Assembly (NCBI GenBank): GCA_965248435.1
Contig: OZ252100.1
Location: forward strand, 4,608,001 to 4,672,000
DNA length: 64,000 nucleotides
From: Candidatus Latescibacterota bacterium
Lineage (GTDB): Bacteria; Latescibacterota; UBA2968; GCA-2709665
Reading direction: 5' to 3'
Position 1 is the stretch's first letter; every line of letters starts with the position of its first letter. Both the position numbers and the translations under genes were made by a program. This document shows positions 46,535-56,467 of this stretch, piece by piece. The notes beneath the pieces are model-generated. The model was not told where the DNA came from. It saw only the letters and a program-made list of their open reading frames with translations, and made no database searches.

Positions 46535-46737
46535 GCACATGTTGTTTTTTGTGTAATGGAAACTATAAGGGAGCAAATGCAGCCTCGAACCACACACAAA
46601 TCTGCATATTTCCTGTCTAACTGGACTAAGGGTATTCATTTAGCGTTGAAACCGTGTATGAGCGTGCCCGATTGAGCCTGTCGGATCACCAGTGGATGGA
46701 GCACTTCATTATCGCCTTCAAGTCTGAGTAAGATCCG

Positions 46738-47904
46738 ATGACTATAACACAAGCATCCGTTGAGGCGCTCACGCGTGGCCCAAAGTATCATTGGTTCGGC
46801 TACTACGATAAGTGCCAGTTCGACCCCACTGGCAGATACGTGCTTGGCATGGAAGTCGACTTTGAACACCGGTCGCCCACGACAGACGATGTCATTTCAA
46901 TCGGGATGATCGATCTGCAGGATGGCAATCGCTGGACCGACCTAGGTCATAGCTCGGCTTGGTGCTGGCAACAGGGCTGCATGCTGCAGTGGCTCCCCGG
47001 CTCCGACACACAGATTGTCTGGAACGATCGGCAGGATGATCGCTTTATCTGCCACGTACTCGACATACGTTCCAGTGAGAAGAAGACGATCCCTTCCCCC
47101 ATCTATACCGTTGCCCCCGACGGCACAACCGCCTTCGCCACGGATTTCAGTCGCAATAACGACACGCGGCCCGGTTATGGCTATCCGGGCATCCCCGACC
47201 CCAACGGGGACTGCCTCGCACCGGACAACTCGGGCATCTGGCGAGTGGACCTCGAGAGCGGAAAAAACGAACTGATTCTCACCATCGCCGACGTCGTGGC
47301 ACTCCCCTACCCGCACGGAGACCTGACCAGGGCAAAGCACTGGTTCAACCACCTGCTGGTCAGTCCCGACGCCTCACGCCTCGAGTTCTTGCATCGATGG
47401 CAAGAGGAGGGCACGCCGAGCCGTCGAACCCGAATGCTGACGTGTGCGCCCGACGGAAGTGATGTGCGCGTCGTGGATGACTGCGGCGTGACATCACATT
47501 TTATATGGCACGATGCTGAGCACATTCTGGCGTGGTCCCAGGCACATTCCTCCCGCGGGAATTTCTGTCTGTTCAACGAGCGTACGGGCAGCTACGAGCC
47601 CATTGGCAGTGACCTGATGACGCGGGATGGTCACGTCAATTGCCTGCCGCAAGCCGAGTGGCTCGTGAACGACACCTATCCGAACGAAGACAGAGTGCGA
47701 AGCCTGTACCTATATCACCTACCAAGTGCTCTACGAATTGACATAGGAGGATTCTTTACGCCCCCGGAATACGACGGCAAGTGGCGTTGTGACCTCCATC
47801 CAAGACTGAGTCCCGACGGCTACAAAGTGATCGTTGACTCTGCGCACGGAGGGAATGGCAGGCAGATGTACCTGATGGATATTGGCGATATCATCGCGCA
47901 TTGA
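46738..47904 (+). CDS. beta-propeller protein (oligogalacturonate lyase/TolB-like)
   Basis: FGYYDK, AWCWQQGCMLQW, HWFNHLL.SPD, SHFIW, DGH, DTYP, RCDLHPR.SPDG. Confidence 0.7.
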   Translation: MTITQASVEALTRGPKYHWFGYYDKCQFDPTGRYVLGMEVDFEHRSPTTDDVISIGMIDLQDGNRWTDLGHSSAWCWQQGCMLQWLPGSDTQIVWNDRQDDRFICHVLDIRSSEKKTIPSPIYTVAPDGTTAFATDFSRNNDTRPGYGYPGIPDPNGDCLAPDNSGIWRVDLESGKNELILTIADVVALPYPHGDLTRAKHWFNHLLVSPDASRLEFLHRWQEEGTPSRRTRMLTCAPDGSDVRVVDDCGVTSHFIWHDAEHILAWSQAHSSRGNFCLFNERTGSYEPIGSDLMTRDGHVNCLPQAEWLVNDTYPNEDRVRSLYLYHLPSALRIDIGGFFTPPEYDGKWRCDLHPRLSPDGYKVIVDSAHGGNGRQMYLMDIGDIIAH

Positions 47905-47932
47905 TCGTGAGCGTGTGGAAGAGGAGATGATG

Positions 47933-48056
47933 ATGGACGTCTATGGCCGACTGGGAGTCAGGAAGACTAATCAATACGTGCGGCTATGCCACGGATCTGG
48001 GTGGCTCGCTCATGTCGCCGGAGGTCCTCGAGGCGATGGCCGAGGCGTCTCGGTCG
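47933..48056 (+). pseudogene. frameshifted N-terminal remnant of a SelA/DgaE-like PLP enzyme
   Basis: MDVYGRLGVRK then, in another frame, INTCGYATDLGGSLMSPEVLEAMAEAS; GAGGAG RBS. Confidence 0.65.
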
Positions 48057-48157
48057 AACAAGAAAAATCCGATTTCTGATGGCCACCCAGTAATAAAGCA
48101 TAATCGGAAATGTGCCTCAAAGTCATGCCAGAAAACATATGGATTGAAGGAGCGACA

Positions 48158-48532
48158 ATGAGTAACAAGCTAGGTGACAACCTGATCCTGCCGGCCAAGG
48201 ACGCGGTCGTGCAGGCGTTTGATTGGGGTCAGTTGAGTTGGTTCGCGAACGCGGAAATTGGCAACACACAGGCCATGACTGTGGGGCAATGCATCCTGAA
48301 ATCAGGCTGTGAAAACCCACGACATAGCCACCCCAACTGCGAGGAGATTTTGCTGGTCGTTCAGGGAACGATCATGCATTCTTTGGCAGATGAAGAATTC
48401 GAGATGGGGCCTGGCGATACGATCGTTATCCCGCCCAACCTCATTCATAACGCCCGCAATGTGGGGTCCACGGATGCGGTTTTGACCATTGTCTTCTCGT
48501 CGGCACAGCGCCAGACAGTGGGAGAATTCTAA
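48158..48532 (+). CDS. cupin domain protein
   Basis: HSHPNCEE..V.QG, GDTIVIP..H.ARN. Confidence 0.88.
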   Translation: MSNKLGDNLILPAKDAVVQAFDWGQLSWFANAEIGNTQAMTVGQCILKSGCENPRHSHPNCEEILLVVQGTIMHSLADEEFEMGPGDTIVIPPNLIHNARNVGSTDAVLTIVFSSAQRQTVGEF

Positions 48533-48686
48533 TTCAAAAGGGGTCTTTGGAATCTCATTGGGCACCGAGTGAAACGTGAAGCGTGAAACGTGATGTAGCA
48601 AATCACGAATCACCTTTCACGCTTCACGGTATGTGCATCCCCGATTCCTTTCGAGCCCGCAAATCAGACCTAAAAAGAGGAAAACC

Positions 48687-49904
48687 ATGTCAAAAACTGT
48701 CGTCTTGATCGGTGCGCTGGACACAAAAGGACAGGAATTTGCCCTCATCAAACAATTGATTGAAGCTACCGGACTCCAGACGCTGACCGTGGACTTCGGG
48801 GTGATGGGCGAGCCGGCCTTTGAGCCGGACGTGAAACGGGATGCGGTGGCAGCGGCCGGCGGCGGCGATCTGACTCATCTGGCCTCTGGTGACCACAAGG
48901 ATGAAGCGATGCAGACGATGGCTACTGGATTGGCTGTCGTGGTACGCCGGCTGTATGACGAGGGCAAGCTGGACGGGATCATCGGCATGGGCGGCACGGG
49001 TGGCACCTCGATTGCTACCACGGGCATGCGCACGCTGCCGGTCGGTGCGCCCAAGGTCATGGTCTCGACGGTCGGCAGCGGCGATGTGAGCGCCTACGCC
49101 GGTACGAAAGACATCACGTTCATGCCCTCCATCGTGGATGTGGCCGGCATCAACAGCATCAGCCGCGTCATTTACACCAATGCGGCCGGCGCCATCGCCG
49201 GCATGGTCCAGGCCGAAGCGCCGGCCTCCGACGACCAGAAGCCGCTGATCACCGCCTCCATGTTTGGTAACACCACCACCAGCGTGGATCAGGCGCGCAG
49301 CGTCATGGAAGCGCGTGGATACGAGGTGCTGGTCTTCCACGCCACCGGCGTTGGTGGCCGCACGATGGAAAGTTTGATTAGCGATGGTTACATCGTCGGG
49401 TCGCTAGACATCACCACCACCGAATTGGCCGATCATGTTTGCGGTGGTGTCTTTAGCGCCGGCCCAGAGCGTTGTATGGCCGCGTCACTGGCCGGCATTC
49501 CAGCGGTGATCGTGCCCGGCTGTGTCGACATGGCAAATTTTGATGGCATAGAGACCGTGCCAGACAAGTACAAAGACCGGACGCTTTATGAATGGAATCC
49601 CAACGTGACCCTGTTGCGCACCAATGTCGAAGAAAACCGTGTGATGGGCCAGCTGATTGCCGCAGCTGCCAATGCCGCCACGGCCCCGGTCGCGATTGTG
49701 CTCCCGCTCAAGGGCGTCTCCATGTTGGACAGTCCCGGCGGCCAATTTTGCGATCCAGCTGCGGATCAGGCCTGCTTCGATGCTATCAAGCAGAATCTGC
49801 GCAGTGGCATCCCCGTATACGAGCTGGATCACAATATCAACGACCCTGAGTTTTCCGACAAGGTCGCCAACACGCTGTTGGAGATGTTAAGGAATGAGAA
49901 TTAA
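48687..49904 (+). CDS. Tm-1-like ATP-binding domain protein (UPF0261)
   Basis: GALDTKGQE, GGTGGT, LPVGAPKVMVST, SMFGNTT, VFHATG.GG, DITTTELAD, PGCVDMANF, HNINDPEF. Confidence 0.92.
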   Translation: MSKTVVLIGALDTKGQEFALIKQLIEATGLQTLTVDFGVMGEPAFEPDVKRDAVAAAGGGDLTHLASGDHKDEAMQTMATGLAVVVRRLYDEGKLDGIIGMGGTGGTSIATTGMRTLPVGAPKVMVSTVGSGDVSAYAGTKDITFMPSIVDVAGINSISRVIYTNAAGAIAGMVQAEAPASDDQKPLITASMFGNTTTSVDQARSVMEARGYEVLVFHATGVGGRTMESLISDGYIVGSLDITTTELADHVCGGVFSAGPERCMAASLAGIPAVIVPGCVDMANFDGIETVPDKYKDRTLYEWNPNVTLLRTNVEENRVMGQLIAAAANAATAPVAIVLPLKGVSMLDSPGGQFCDPAADQACFDAIKQNLRSGIPVYELDHNINDPEFSDKVANTLLEMLRNEN

Positions 49905-50033
49905 ACAACAGACCCAAATGGATTAAGAGAGATTGGAGATTGGCGATTTAGGCTAATCTCCAATCTCTGATCTCCTGACCACGAACGAGTAGGTTGTTAG
50001 TTCTTGGCACTAAACCAATAAGCAGGAGGCAGA

Positions 50034-50864
50034 ATGTCAATTGCACGCGCAGAAATTCTGAAACGGCTCCACGCTCAGGTTGCAGCGGGCAAGCCGATTG
50101 TCGGTTGCGGGGCCGGCACGGGCATCTCGGCCAAGCTGGCAGAGGCCGGCGGCGCCGACCTGATCATCATCTACAATTCCGGGCGCTACCGCATGGCTGG
50201 ACGCGGCTCGTTGGCCGGCATGATGCCCTATGGCGACGCCAACGGGATCGTCGTCGAGATGGCCTCCGAGGTGCTGCCGGTCGTCAAAGACGTGCCTGTC
50301 TTGGCGGGCGTCTGCGGGACCGATCCCTTCCGCCTGATGCCGATTTTTCTCAAGCAGGTAAAGGAAATCGGCTTTTCGGGCGTACAAAACTTCCCGACGG
50401 TCGGCTTGATTGACGGCACATTTCGGGACAACCTGGAGGGCACGGGCATGGGCTACGACAAAGAGGTGGAGGCTATCCGCCTGGCCCACGAGATCGATCT
50501 CTTTACGTCGCCCTACGTCTTTAATCCGGATGAAGCCACAGCGATGGCCCAGGCTGGGGCTGATGTGTTGGTGGCCCATGTGGGGCTAACCACCGCCGGC
50601 ACGATTGGCGCGGCTGTCGCGTTTACCCTCGATGAGGCGATTGAGCGGGCCATGGAAATGGCCGAGGCCGGACGCCGGATACGTCAGGATATTTTGGTCA
50701 TTTGTCACGGCGGGCCCTTTGATGAGCCGGAGAACGTGGGCCAGGCGTTGGCCCGCATGCCCGGTATTGCCGGCTTCTTTGGCGCATCAAGCATTGAACG
50801 GCTGCCCACTGAACGGGCCATCATTGGTCAGGTGACGGCCTTCAAAGCGCTCAAGTTGGGTTAG
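50034..50864 (+). CDS. TIM-barrel signal transduction / PEP-hydrolase-like protein
   Basis: [50 protein letters not shown]. Confidence 0.92.
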   Translation: MSIARAEILKRLHAQVAAGKPIVGCGAGTGISAKLAEAGGADLIIIYNSGRYRMAGRGSLAGMMPYGDANGIVVEMASEVLPVVKDVPVLAGVCGTDPFRLMPIFLKQVKEIGFSGVQNFPTVGLIDGTFRDNLEGTGMGYDKEVEAIRLAHEIDLFTSPYVFNPDEATAMAQAGADVLVAHVGLTTAGTIGAAVAFTLDEAIERAMEMAEAGRRIRQDILVICHGGPFDEPENVGQALARMPGIAGFFGASSIERLPTERAIIGQVTAFKALKLG

Positions 50865-50901
50865 CAAGAGATACGACTCAATAATCGGAGAGGTTAGAAC
50901 G

Positions 50902-51864
50902 ATGACGAATATTGGTATAGAATTTCCAGCGCTGGGTGAAATGGGATTCCTTGACCTGCCTGAGCCGCCTGATCCTGGACCAACAGAGATACTGATTCTC
51001 ACGCACTATTCTGGTGTGGTGAACGGCACCGAGCGGCATGCACTGATGGCTGATTTTGGTAAGGGTTACCCAAGCCGGCCTGGATATCAGCATGTAGGCG
51101 TCATCGAAGCCGTGGGGAGTAAGGTGAACACATTTGCCGAGGGCGATATCGTCTTCCTCGGCAATCACGGGGGGCATCGGGGCTGGCACATCGCCGATGT
51201 GGCAGCCACCAATGAGAGACAACGACTCTGCATTAAACTGTCGGATGATGTTGAGCACGAATTTTGCGCGCTCTTTGGTGCTGCCGGCGTTGGTATGCAG
51301 CACTCCCGACGTATCCGTGTCGCCCCCGCGATGAATGTGTGGGTCGCCGGCCTAGGACTCGTTGGTCAGTCCGTGGCTCAAGCATCCCGAGCTTTGGGCG
51401 CGCGTGTCACGGTGACAGATATTAACCCGCAGCGGCTTGAGGTCGCCAAAGAACTCGGTGCACATCAGGTGATAAACATCTCCGAGAAATCCGGGATCGA
51501 GTTGCTTGTGCAGGGTGGGCCTTATGACCGCATTATTGACGCTTGCGGTGCCTGCCAGTTATTCGATGATATCCGAGAGAACGAACTCCTTGCACTTCAC
51601 GGCACCATCGGCGCATTGGCTGGCCGGCATGAGACGATATTCCACCAGACGATGCTTCACGCATTGAGGGCATCAATCGAAGGGTCATCTCACTTCACGG
51701 TTGAAGATCTGCGTATGGTGCGGCATTTTCTTCATCTAGGTACGATCCAGATCGAGCCTCTGGTGACCCATCGCGTCCCGATAACCGAAGCACCGCGTAT
51801 TTACGAAACCATGCGGGATAAGCCGGCGGATCTGCTTGGTGTGATATTCAACTGGCAGTCTTGA
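50902..51864 (+). CDS. MDR-family dehydrogenase (Zn-ligand-poor subtype)
   Basis: GTE..PGYQHVG.I..VG, GLGLVGQ, LVTH. Confidence 0.75.
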   Translation: MTNIGIEFPALGEMGFLDLPEPPDPGPTEILILTHYSGVVNGTERHALMADFGKGYPSRPGYQHVGVIEAVGSKVNTFAEGDIVFLGNHGGHRGWHIADVAATNERQRLCIKLSDDVEHEFCALFGAAGVGMQHSRRIRVAPAMNVWVAGLGLVGQSVAQASRALGARVTVTDINPQRLEVAKELGAHQVINISEKSGIELLVQGGPYDRIIDACGACQLFDDIRENELLALHGTIGALAGRHETIFHQTMLHALRASIEGSSHFTVEDLRMVRHFLHLGTIQIEPLVTHRVPITEAPRIYETMRDKPADLLGVIFNWQS

Positions 51865-52150
51865 TAAGAAGCTACAGCTGGCGACTTGTGCACGGGGATC
51901 AGCCACATGCCCCGCGTCGCGTTGCTTATTCCCGCTGATTCGGCGACCGTGATCGGAATTTGGTAGTTGCGATACAGATGGATTACGAGCTTGTATTCCT
52001 TTGTATTGTATTTGCGATTATCTTGTCTGCGGTTCACGACGTGGATTCTGCTCCGTGGTCTCCCAGCTATCGGGAAGCTGATAACATGGAATTAACGGCG
52101 ACGACAAGAGTGAATCAAGGCTCCAACCCCTTTAAGAGAAGGAATTGAAC

Positions 52151-53086
52151 ATGAGCGCAACGTCAAAACGATACGAATTCAAGATGGGGATGTACCTGGG
52201 CGAGCTGCAGCAGCCCTTCGAGCAGTCGCTCGGCACCGCCCGCGACATCGGCGCCAAATACCTTTGGTGCGGCAATTACTCCCAAAACCAGATGATGTGC
52301 GAGCTTCCGGACAAAGATCTCGACAAGGCGGTGGAGCAGGTGGCCGCCCACAACCTCGAGATCTTTCTGCTCGATGGCGGGGGGCTGTTGAAGGGCGTGC
52401 ATCTGGCCGAGCTGCAACCGGGCAAGATGCTGGAGCACGAGAAGTTCAAACAGGAGCTCGATACTCTTGAGCGCTCGATGGAGGTCTCCTCGCGGTTAGG
52501 GGTGGGCGCGGTATCGTGCTCCAGCTTCGCCTGGCCAGCGGAGTACACGGCGGGCAAACCGACCTGGCCGATGCGCTGGGCGACGCGCGGCGGGATCATC
52601 TCCGATGGCGATATGGAGAAGCTGGTGGAGGCGCTTTCGATGGTCGCCGATCTGGCCGAAAAATACGACATCGACGTTGCCTTCCTCATGATGCAGTGGA
52701 ACTTCGGAAATACCAGCAGGAACTTCCGGCGTATAGCCGAGGCGGTGGGTTCGCGCCGCTTCAAAGCGCTCTGGTGTCCGGCGGACGCCCTCAATTGCGG
52801 CGAGGCGGACAATGCCACTGCGGGGTTCGAGAATCTGCGACCGTACCTCCACGGGGTGCATGGCAAGGATATGCACACGATCAACGGCGAGAAGCTCGAG
52901 TTCGAGTACCTGCCGATTGGAGAAGGGGACGTGGATTATCCGACAATTCTGAGGAACCTGCGGGACAACAACTGCGATGTGGTGCTGTCGATCGCGACCC
53001 ACTTCTCGCCACCCAGCGGTTCGAAGATCGAGGCGATGGAGACGAACTACACCAACATTCGTCGGCTGATCAGCGAGTTGGACTAG
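52151..53086 (+). CDS. sugar phosphate isomerase/epimerase (AP-endonuclease-2 TIM barrel)
   Basis: HGVHGKD, PIGEGDVDY..IL..L motif. Confidence 0.7.
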   Translation: MSATSKRYEFKMGMYLGELQQPFEQSLGTARDIGAKYLWCGNYSQNQMMCELPDKDLDKAVEQVAAHNLEIFLLDGGGLLKGVHLAELQPGKMLEHEKFKQELDTLERSMEVSSRLGVGAVSCSSFAWPAEYTAGKPTWPMRWATRGGIISDGDMEKLVEALSMVADLAEKYDIDVAFLMMQWNFGNTSRNFRRIAEAVGSRRFKALWCPADALNCGEADNATAGFENLRPYLHGVHGKDMHTINGEKLEFEYLPIGEGDVDYPTILRNLRDNNCDVVLSIATHFSPPSGSKIEAMETNYTNIRRLISELD

Positions 53087-53159
53087 GTCAACGTGAACGA
53101 ATTGCGAAGTTCCATGGTGTCCCCCTCAGATGTAGACAAACCCCACTGTGGCGGGAATG

Positions 53160-53380
53160 CTACTCCAAGACAAAAGCGGTGCCATCTTCCTTCGAAATCT
53201 CCCACTTTTGGTTGGTCCCGCCATGACAATCCCATTGGTGGACAGTGCCGCCGTTTGCCTGGCTGGCAACCGCAACGTCCAGGCATTTGCCGCTGTGGAC
53301 TCCCTTGACCTGGTAATTCGGCCCGTCGGATACCAGTTCCCAATCTTGGTTGGTCCATCTGTGACGCACCGCGATGTTCA
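53160..53380 (-). pseudogene. orphan ricin-B lectin domain fragment
   Basis: NQDW...HSGKCLDV..ASQANG..VHQWDCHGGTNQKW QxW repeats; no credible start; interrupted by the next gene. Confidence 0.7.
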
Positions 53381-53395
53381 CGCAGGGGTAACGAG

Positions 53396-54760
53396 ATGTC
53401 TCCAGATGACGAGGCGACACGGTCCCTCCCGAGGGACCTGGGCGATGGGCTGATCCTAAGACAGGCCACCGCTGAGGATACTGAGGCTGCCGCGGAGTTT
53501 CAGTCTCAGGTCCACCTTCCACACACGTTCGCTGAGTCATTCAGAATCTGGACCAGGGACCTGATGAGCGGCGCCCTTCCAAGATTCCAGCCAGGCGACT
53601 TTACCCTGGTGGAGGACACGAGCACCGGGGCCATCGTGTCGATGCTGAACCTGATCCCACAAACATGGTCCTACGGCGGCATTGAAGTAGGCGTAGGCCG
53701 TATCGAGCTTGTGTCCACACATCCCGGCTACCGAAGACGCGGGCTAGTGCGGGCTCAGATGGACGCCGTCCATGAGATGAGTGCGAGGCGTGGCGAGAAG
53801 ATGCAGGTGATCTCCGGCATACCCTGGTACTATCGCCAGTTCGGCTACGACACGGCGCTGGAGCTCGAGGCAGGGTACTCGTGCCCCGTCTCCAATGGGC
53901 CCGCGCCTCACGATGCCCTCCGGGAGCCTTACACGGTAAGTCCCGCGACCGAGGGCGACCTACCATTCATAGCTCGCCTCTACGACGAGGCGATGGGGCG
54001 CTACCTGGTCTCCTGCGTGCGCGACGAGAGGCTGTGGAGGTACGAGCTCAACGGGAGGAGCGAGAACACCTATGGCGAGCTGGAGATGTGCGTAGTGAAG
54101 GCCGCGACCGGTGAATCGATGGGACTCCTTGTACACTTCCAGGGGCTCTGGGATGGTGAACTCCGCGCTCTTCTCTACGAGCTAAAGGGCGCCGCGTCCT
54201 GGCTCGAGGTGACTCCCAGCGTCGTGGGGTATCTCCAGAGGATGGGCGAGACGTACGCCGCGCGAGAGAAGCGGAGTGCGTTTCGTAACGTGGCGTTCGA
54301 GCTGGGTACAGAGCACCCGGTGTATCAGGTCGTGAACGGCAGGTCGCCTCGCTTGAAGAGGATGCGTGCGTGGTACGTCCGGGTGCCCGACATCGCCGGC
54401 TTCTTAGGGCATGTCAGACCAGTTCTGGAATGTCGGATGGCGGATTCGGCGGTGGCGGGTTACACCGGCAGGCTTACGATAGGCTTCGTCGACTACGGCG
54501 TGGACCTTTCGTTCGACAGCGGACGCCTGGCACAGGTTGAGCGATTAGCCAGACCGCGAAAGGGCGATAGCTGGCTGAGCTCTGGGACGTGCGACGCACT
54601 CTTGCCTGGGCTGATCTTCTTGCAGCTGCTCTTCGGGTTCCGCTCCGCGGATGAGCTCGAGTACGCCTTTCCCGACTGCGATATCGGGTCCCCAAAGACG
54701 CGCGGGTTACTTAACGTAGTATTCCCCAAACTGCCGTCGCATATATGGGGTATCTGGTGA
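53396..54760 (+). CDS. Eis-like multi-domain GNAT acetyltransferase
   Basis: VSTHPGYRRRGLVR, GIPWYYRQFGY; C-terminal SCP2-like region. Confidence 0.8.
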   Translation: MSPDDEATRSLPRDLGDGLILRQATAEDTEAAAEFQSQVHLPHTFAESFRIWTRDLMSGALPRFQPGDFTLVEDTSTGAIVSMLNLIPQTWSYGGIEVGVGRIELVSTHPGYRRRGLVRAQMDAVHEMSARRGEKMQVISGIPWYYRQFGYDTALELEAGYSCPVSNGPAPHDALREPYTVSPATEGDLPFIARLYDEAMGRYLVSCVRDERLWRYELNGRSENTYGELEMCVVKAATGESMGLLVHFQGLWDGELRALLYELKGAASWLEVTPSVVGYLQRMGETYAAREKRSAFRNVAFELGTEHPVYQVVNGRSPRLKRMRAWYVRVPDIAGFLGHVRPVLECRMADSAVAGYTGRLTIGFVDYGVDLSFDSGRLAQVERLARPRKGDSWLSSGTCDALLPGLIFLQLLFGFRSADELEYAFPDCDIGSPKTRGLLNVVFPKLPSHIWGIW

Positions 54761-55025
54761 CGTCTCCAACGCGTGAATCGTGGTTCGTGGATAGTAAAAC
54801 CGGTGGAATAGAGCGCGAAGGTAAAGGGCCGGATCCGGCTCTTCTTATTTTGGTGAAAGGTTTTCGTGCTACTGGCCTAGCTTTTTGCGGAGCTTAGTCG
54901 CCAGACCATCCACGAACGACGAGTCGGTCGTGTCCCCCAGGACACGACCTGAGACGAACGACGGAATGGCGGCTTTTTCTTTTTTCATTTGCCGACCGCC
55001 GGCATCCATCTGAGAGGCCTCTGCA

Positions 55026-55934
55026 ATGCCACGATTCGATCACATGAAGGGCCTGTTCGGGCTGCTTCCGACGCCGTATACCGACGACCTCGAAATCCAC
55101 ACGCGGGACCTCCGCGCTGCCGCGGACTTCTGCTGCAGGACCGGGCAGCACGGTATCGTGTGGCCCGTGATGGTGGGCGAGTTCTACTTCCTGGGTGAGG
55201 AGGAACGCATCCGCAATCTCAACGAGGTGCTCGAAGAGGTGGACAGTCGGTTGCCCTTCGTGTTCGGATGTTCGGGAATCTCCGTGCCGCAGGCTGTCGT
55301 CTTCGCGCGCGCCGCGCAGGCGGCCCAACCCGATGCCATCATCGCCATGGCGCCTGCCCAAACGAATGCCGACGTGGCCATCGACATGTATCACCGGCTG
55401 GCCGATGCCTTCGACGGTCCGATCATGGTCCAGAATGCTGACGCCTACAGCCCGCTCACCGGTGAACAGATCAACAGGCTCGTAGACGACATTCCGCAGA
55501 TCCAGTATATCAAGGAGGAACGCCAGCCGTACCCGAGGCACGTCAGCGAAGTTGTCAACCTCGTCGGGGACAAGATCAAGACCGTCTTTGGCGGAGCGGC
55601 GGGCATGTTCATCCCGGACGAGCTGCGAAGGGGAGCTAACGGCTGCATGCCGGCGTGCGATCTCGGCGATGTCCTGGCGCAGGTCTTCGAGCTCTGGTGG
55701 GAGGACAGGGAGGATGAGGCCAGAGACCTGCATCGCCGCATGCTGCCCCTCATCAACCTGAAATCGCACGCCTTCATGCGATACATGCTCAAGCGGCGGG
55801 GGGTCTTCACCTCGTTGGCCGAACGTTCACCTTCGGGCGTGATGGACATCGGCGAGGAGGAGAAACGCGAAATATCCATCCTCCTGAAGGCCATCGAGGC
55901 CGAGATCAGGTCGTTCCCCTTCGGCCCAGAATAG
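55026..55934 (+). CDS. dihydrodipicolinate synthase (DapA/NanA) family aldolase
   Basis: LPTPY, VGEF..L..EER, MVQNA, YIKEE Schiff-base Lys, GCMP. Confidence 0.85.
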   Translation: MPRFDHMKGLFGLLPTPYTDDLEIHTRDLRAAADFCCRTGQHGIVWPVMVGEFYFLGEEERIRNLNEVLEEVDSRLPFVFGCSGISVPQAVVFARAAQAAQPDAIIAMAPAQTNADVAIDMYHRLADAFDGPIMVQNADAYSPLTGEQINRLVDDIPQIQYIKEERQPYPRHVSEVVNLVGDKIKTVFGGAAGMFIPDELRRGANGCMPACDLGDVLAQVFELWWEDREDEARDLHRRMLPLINLKSHAFMRYMLKRRGVFTSLAERSPSGVMDIGEEEKREISILLKAIEAEIRSFPFGPE

Positions 55935-56174
55935 GTCGCCTGCAGATGAACTTTACTTCGCTCGAGGAATATTAGTGAAGGCGAAAATGCCTTGAAGAAG
56001 GCGACACCGTATTGTAGGGCCGAGGTCGATGGGATCGACCTTTCGCAGCCGGTCGTATCTTTCGTCGTTCGAAAGGCAACCTCACCGCAGAGCCGCAGAG
56101 TTCGCAGAGAAAATCCAATGAATGGAAAATGTAGCGCCGAGGTAAGACGCGAGGTCTTCACGCGATTACAGGGG

Positions 56175-56210
56175 TTGACTTGCCTGTATAAACTGCCTAT
56201 ATTGCAGGCA
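56175..56210 (+). promoter_or_regulatory. leaderless sigma70 promoter with palindromic operator
   Basis: TTGACT-17bp-TATATT, ATG 6 nt downstream; TGCCTG..CAGGCA inverted repeat. Confidence 0.65.
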
Positions 56211-56467
56211 TGAAAAAGAGGCAAATACAATACACCCTCAGAAAGGTCCCGCCACAGGTCGATCAGAAAATCAGGGAGCGGGCACACGACCAGCGTCGTA
56301 GTCTGAACGAGGTCGCACTTGAAGCGCTTGAGCGCGGATTGGGACTCACTGCGAGGCCGGTACGCCATCACGACCTGGACGACCTGGCTGGCACCTGGGT
56401 AGACGATCCGGAATTCGACCGGGCCGTCGAGGACATGGATCAGATCGATCCGGAACTCTGGAAGTGA
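56210..56467 (+). CDS. antitoxin (FitA-like ribbon-helix-helix)
   Basis: QYTLRKVP..VD..IRERA...SLN..AL; DLDDLAGTW; overlaps the PIN gene. Confidence 0.8.
   Translation: MKKRQIQYTLRKVPPQVDQKIRERAHDQRRSLNEVALEALERGLGLTARPVRHHDLDDLAGTWVDDPEFDRAVEDMDQIDPELWK

Noticed and set aside
46535-46737. A further gene cassette after attC2
   Set aside because: No convincing ORF and no GCTTAAC-type matching R'' box downstream; the array appears truncated
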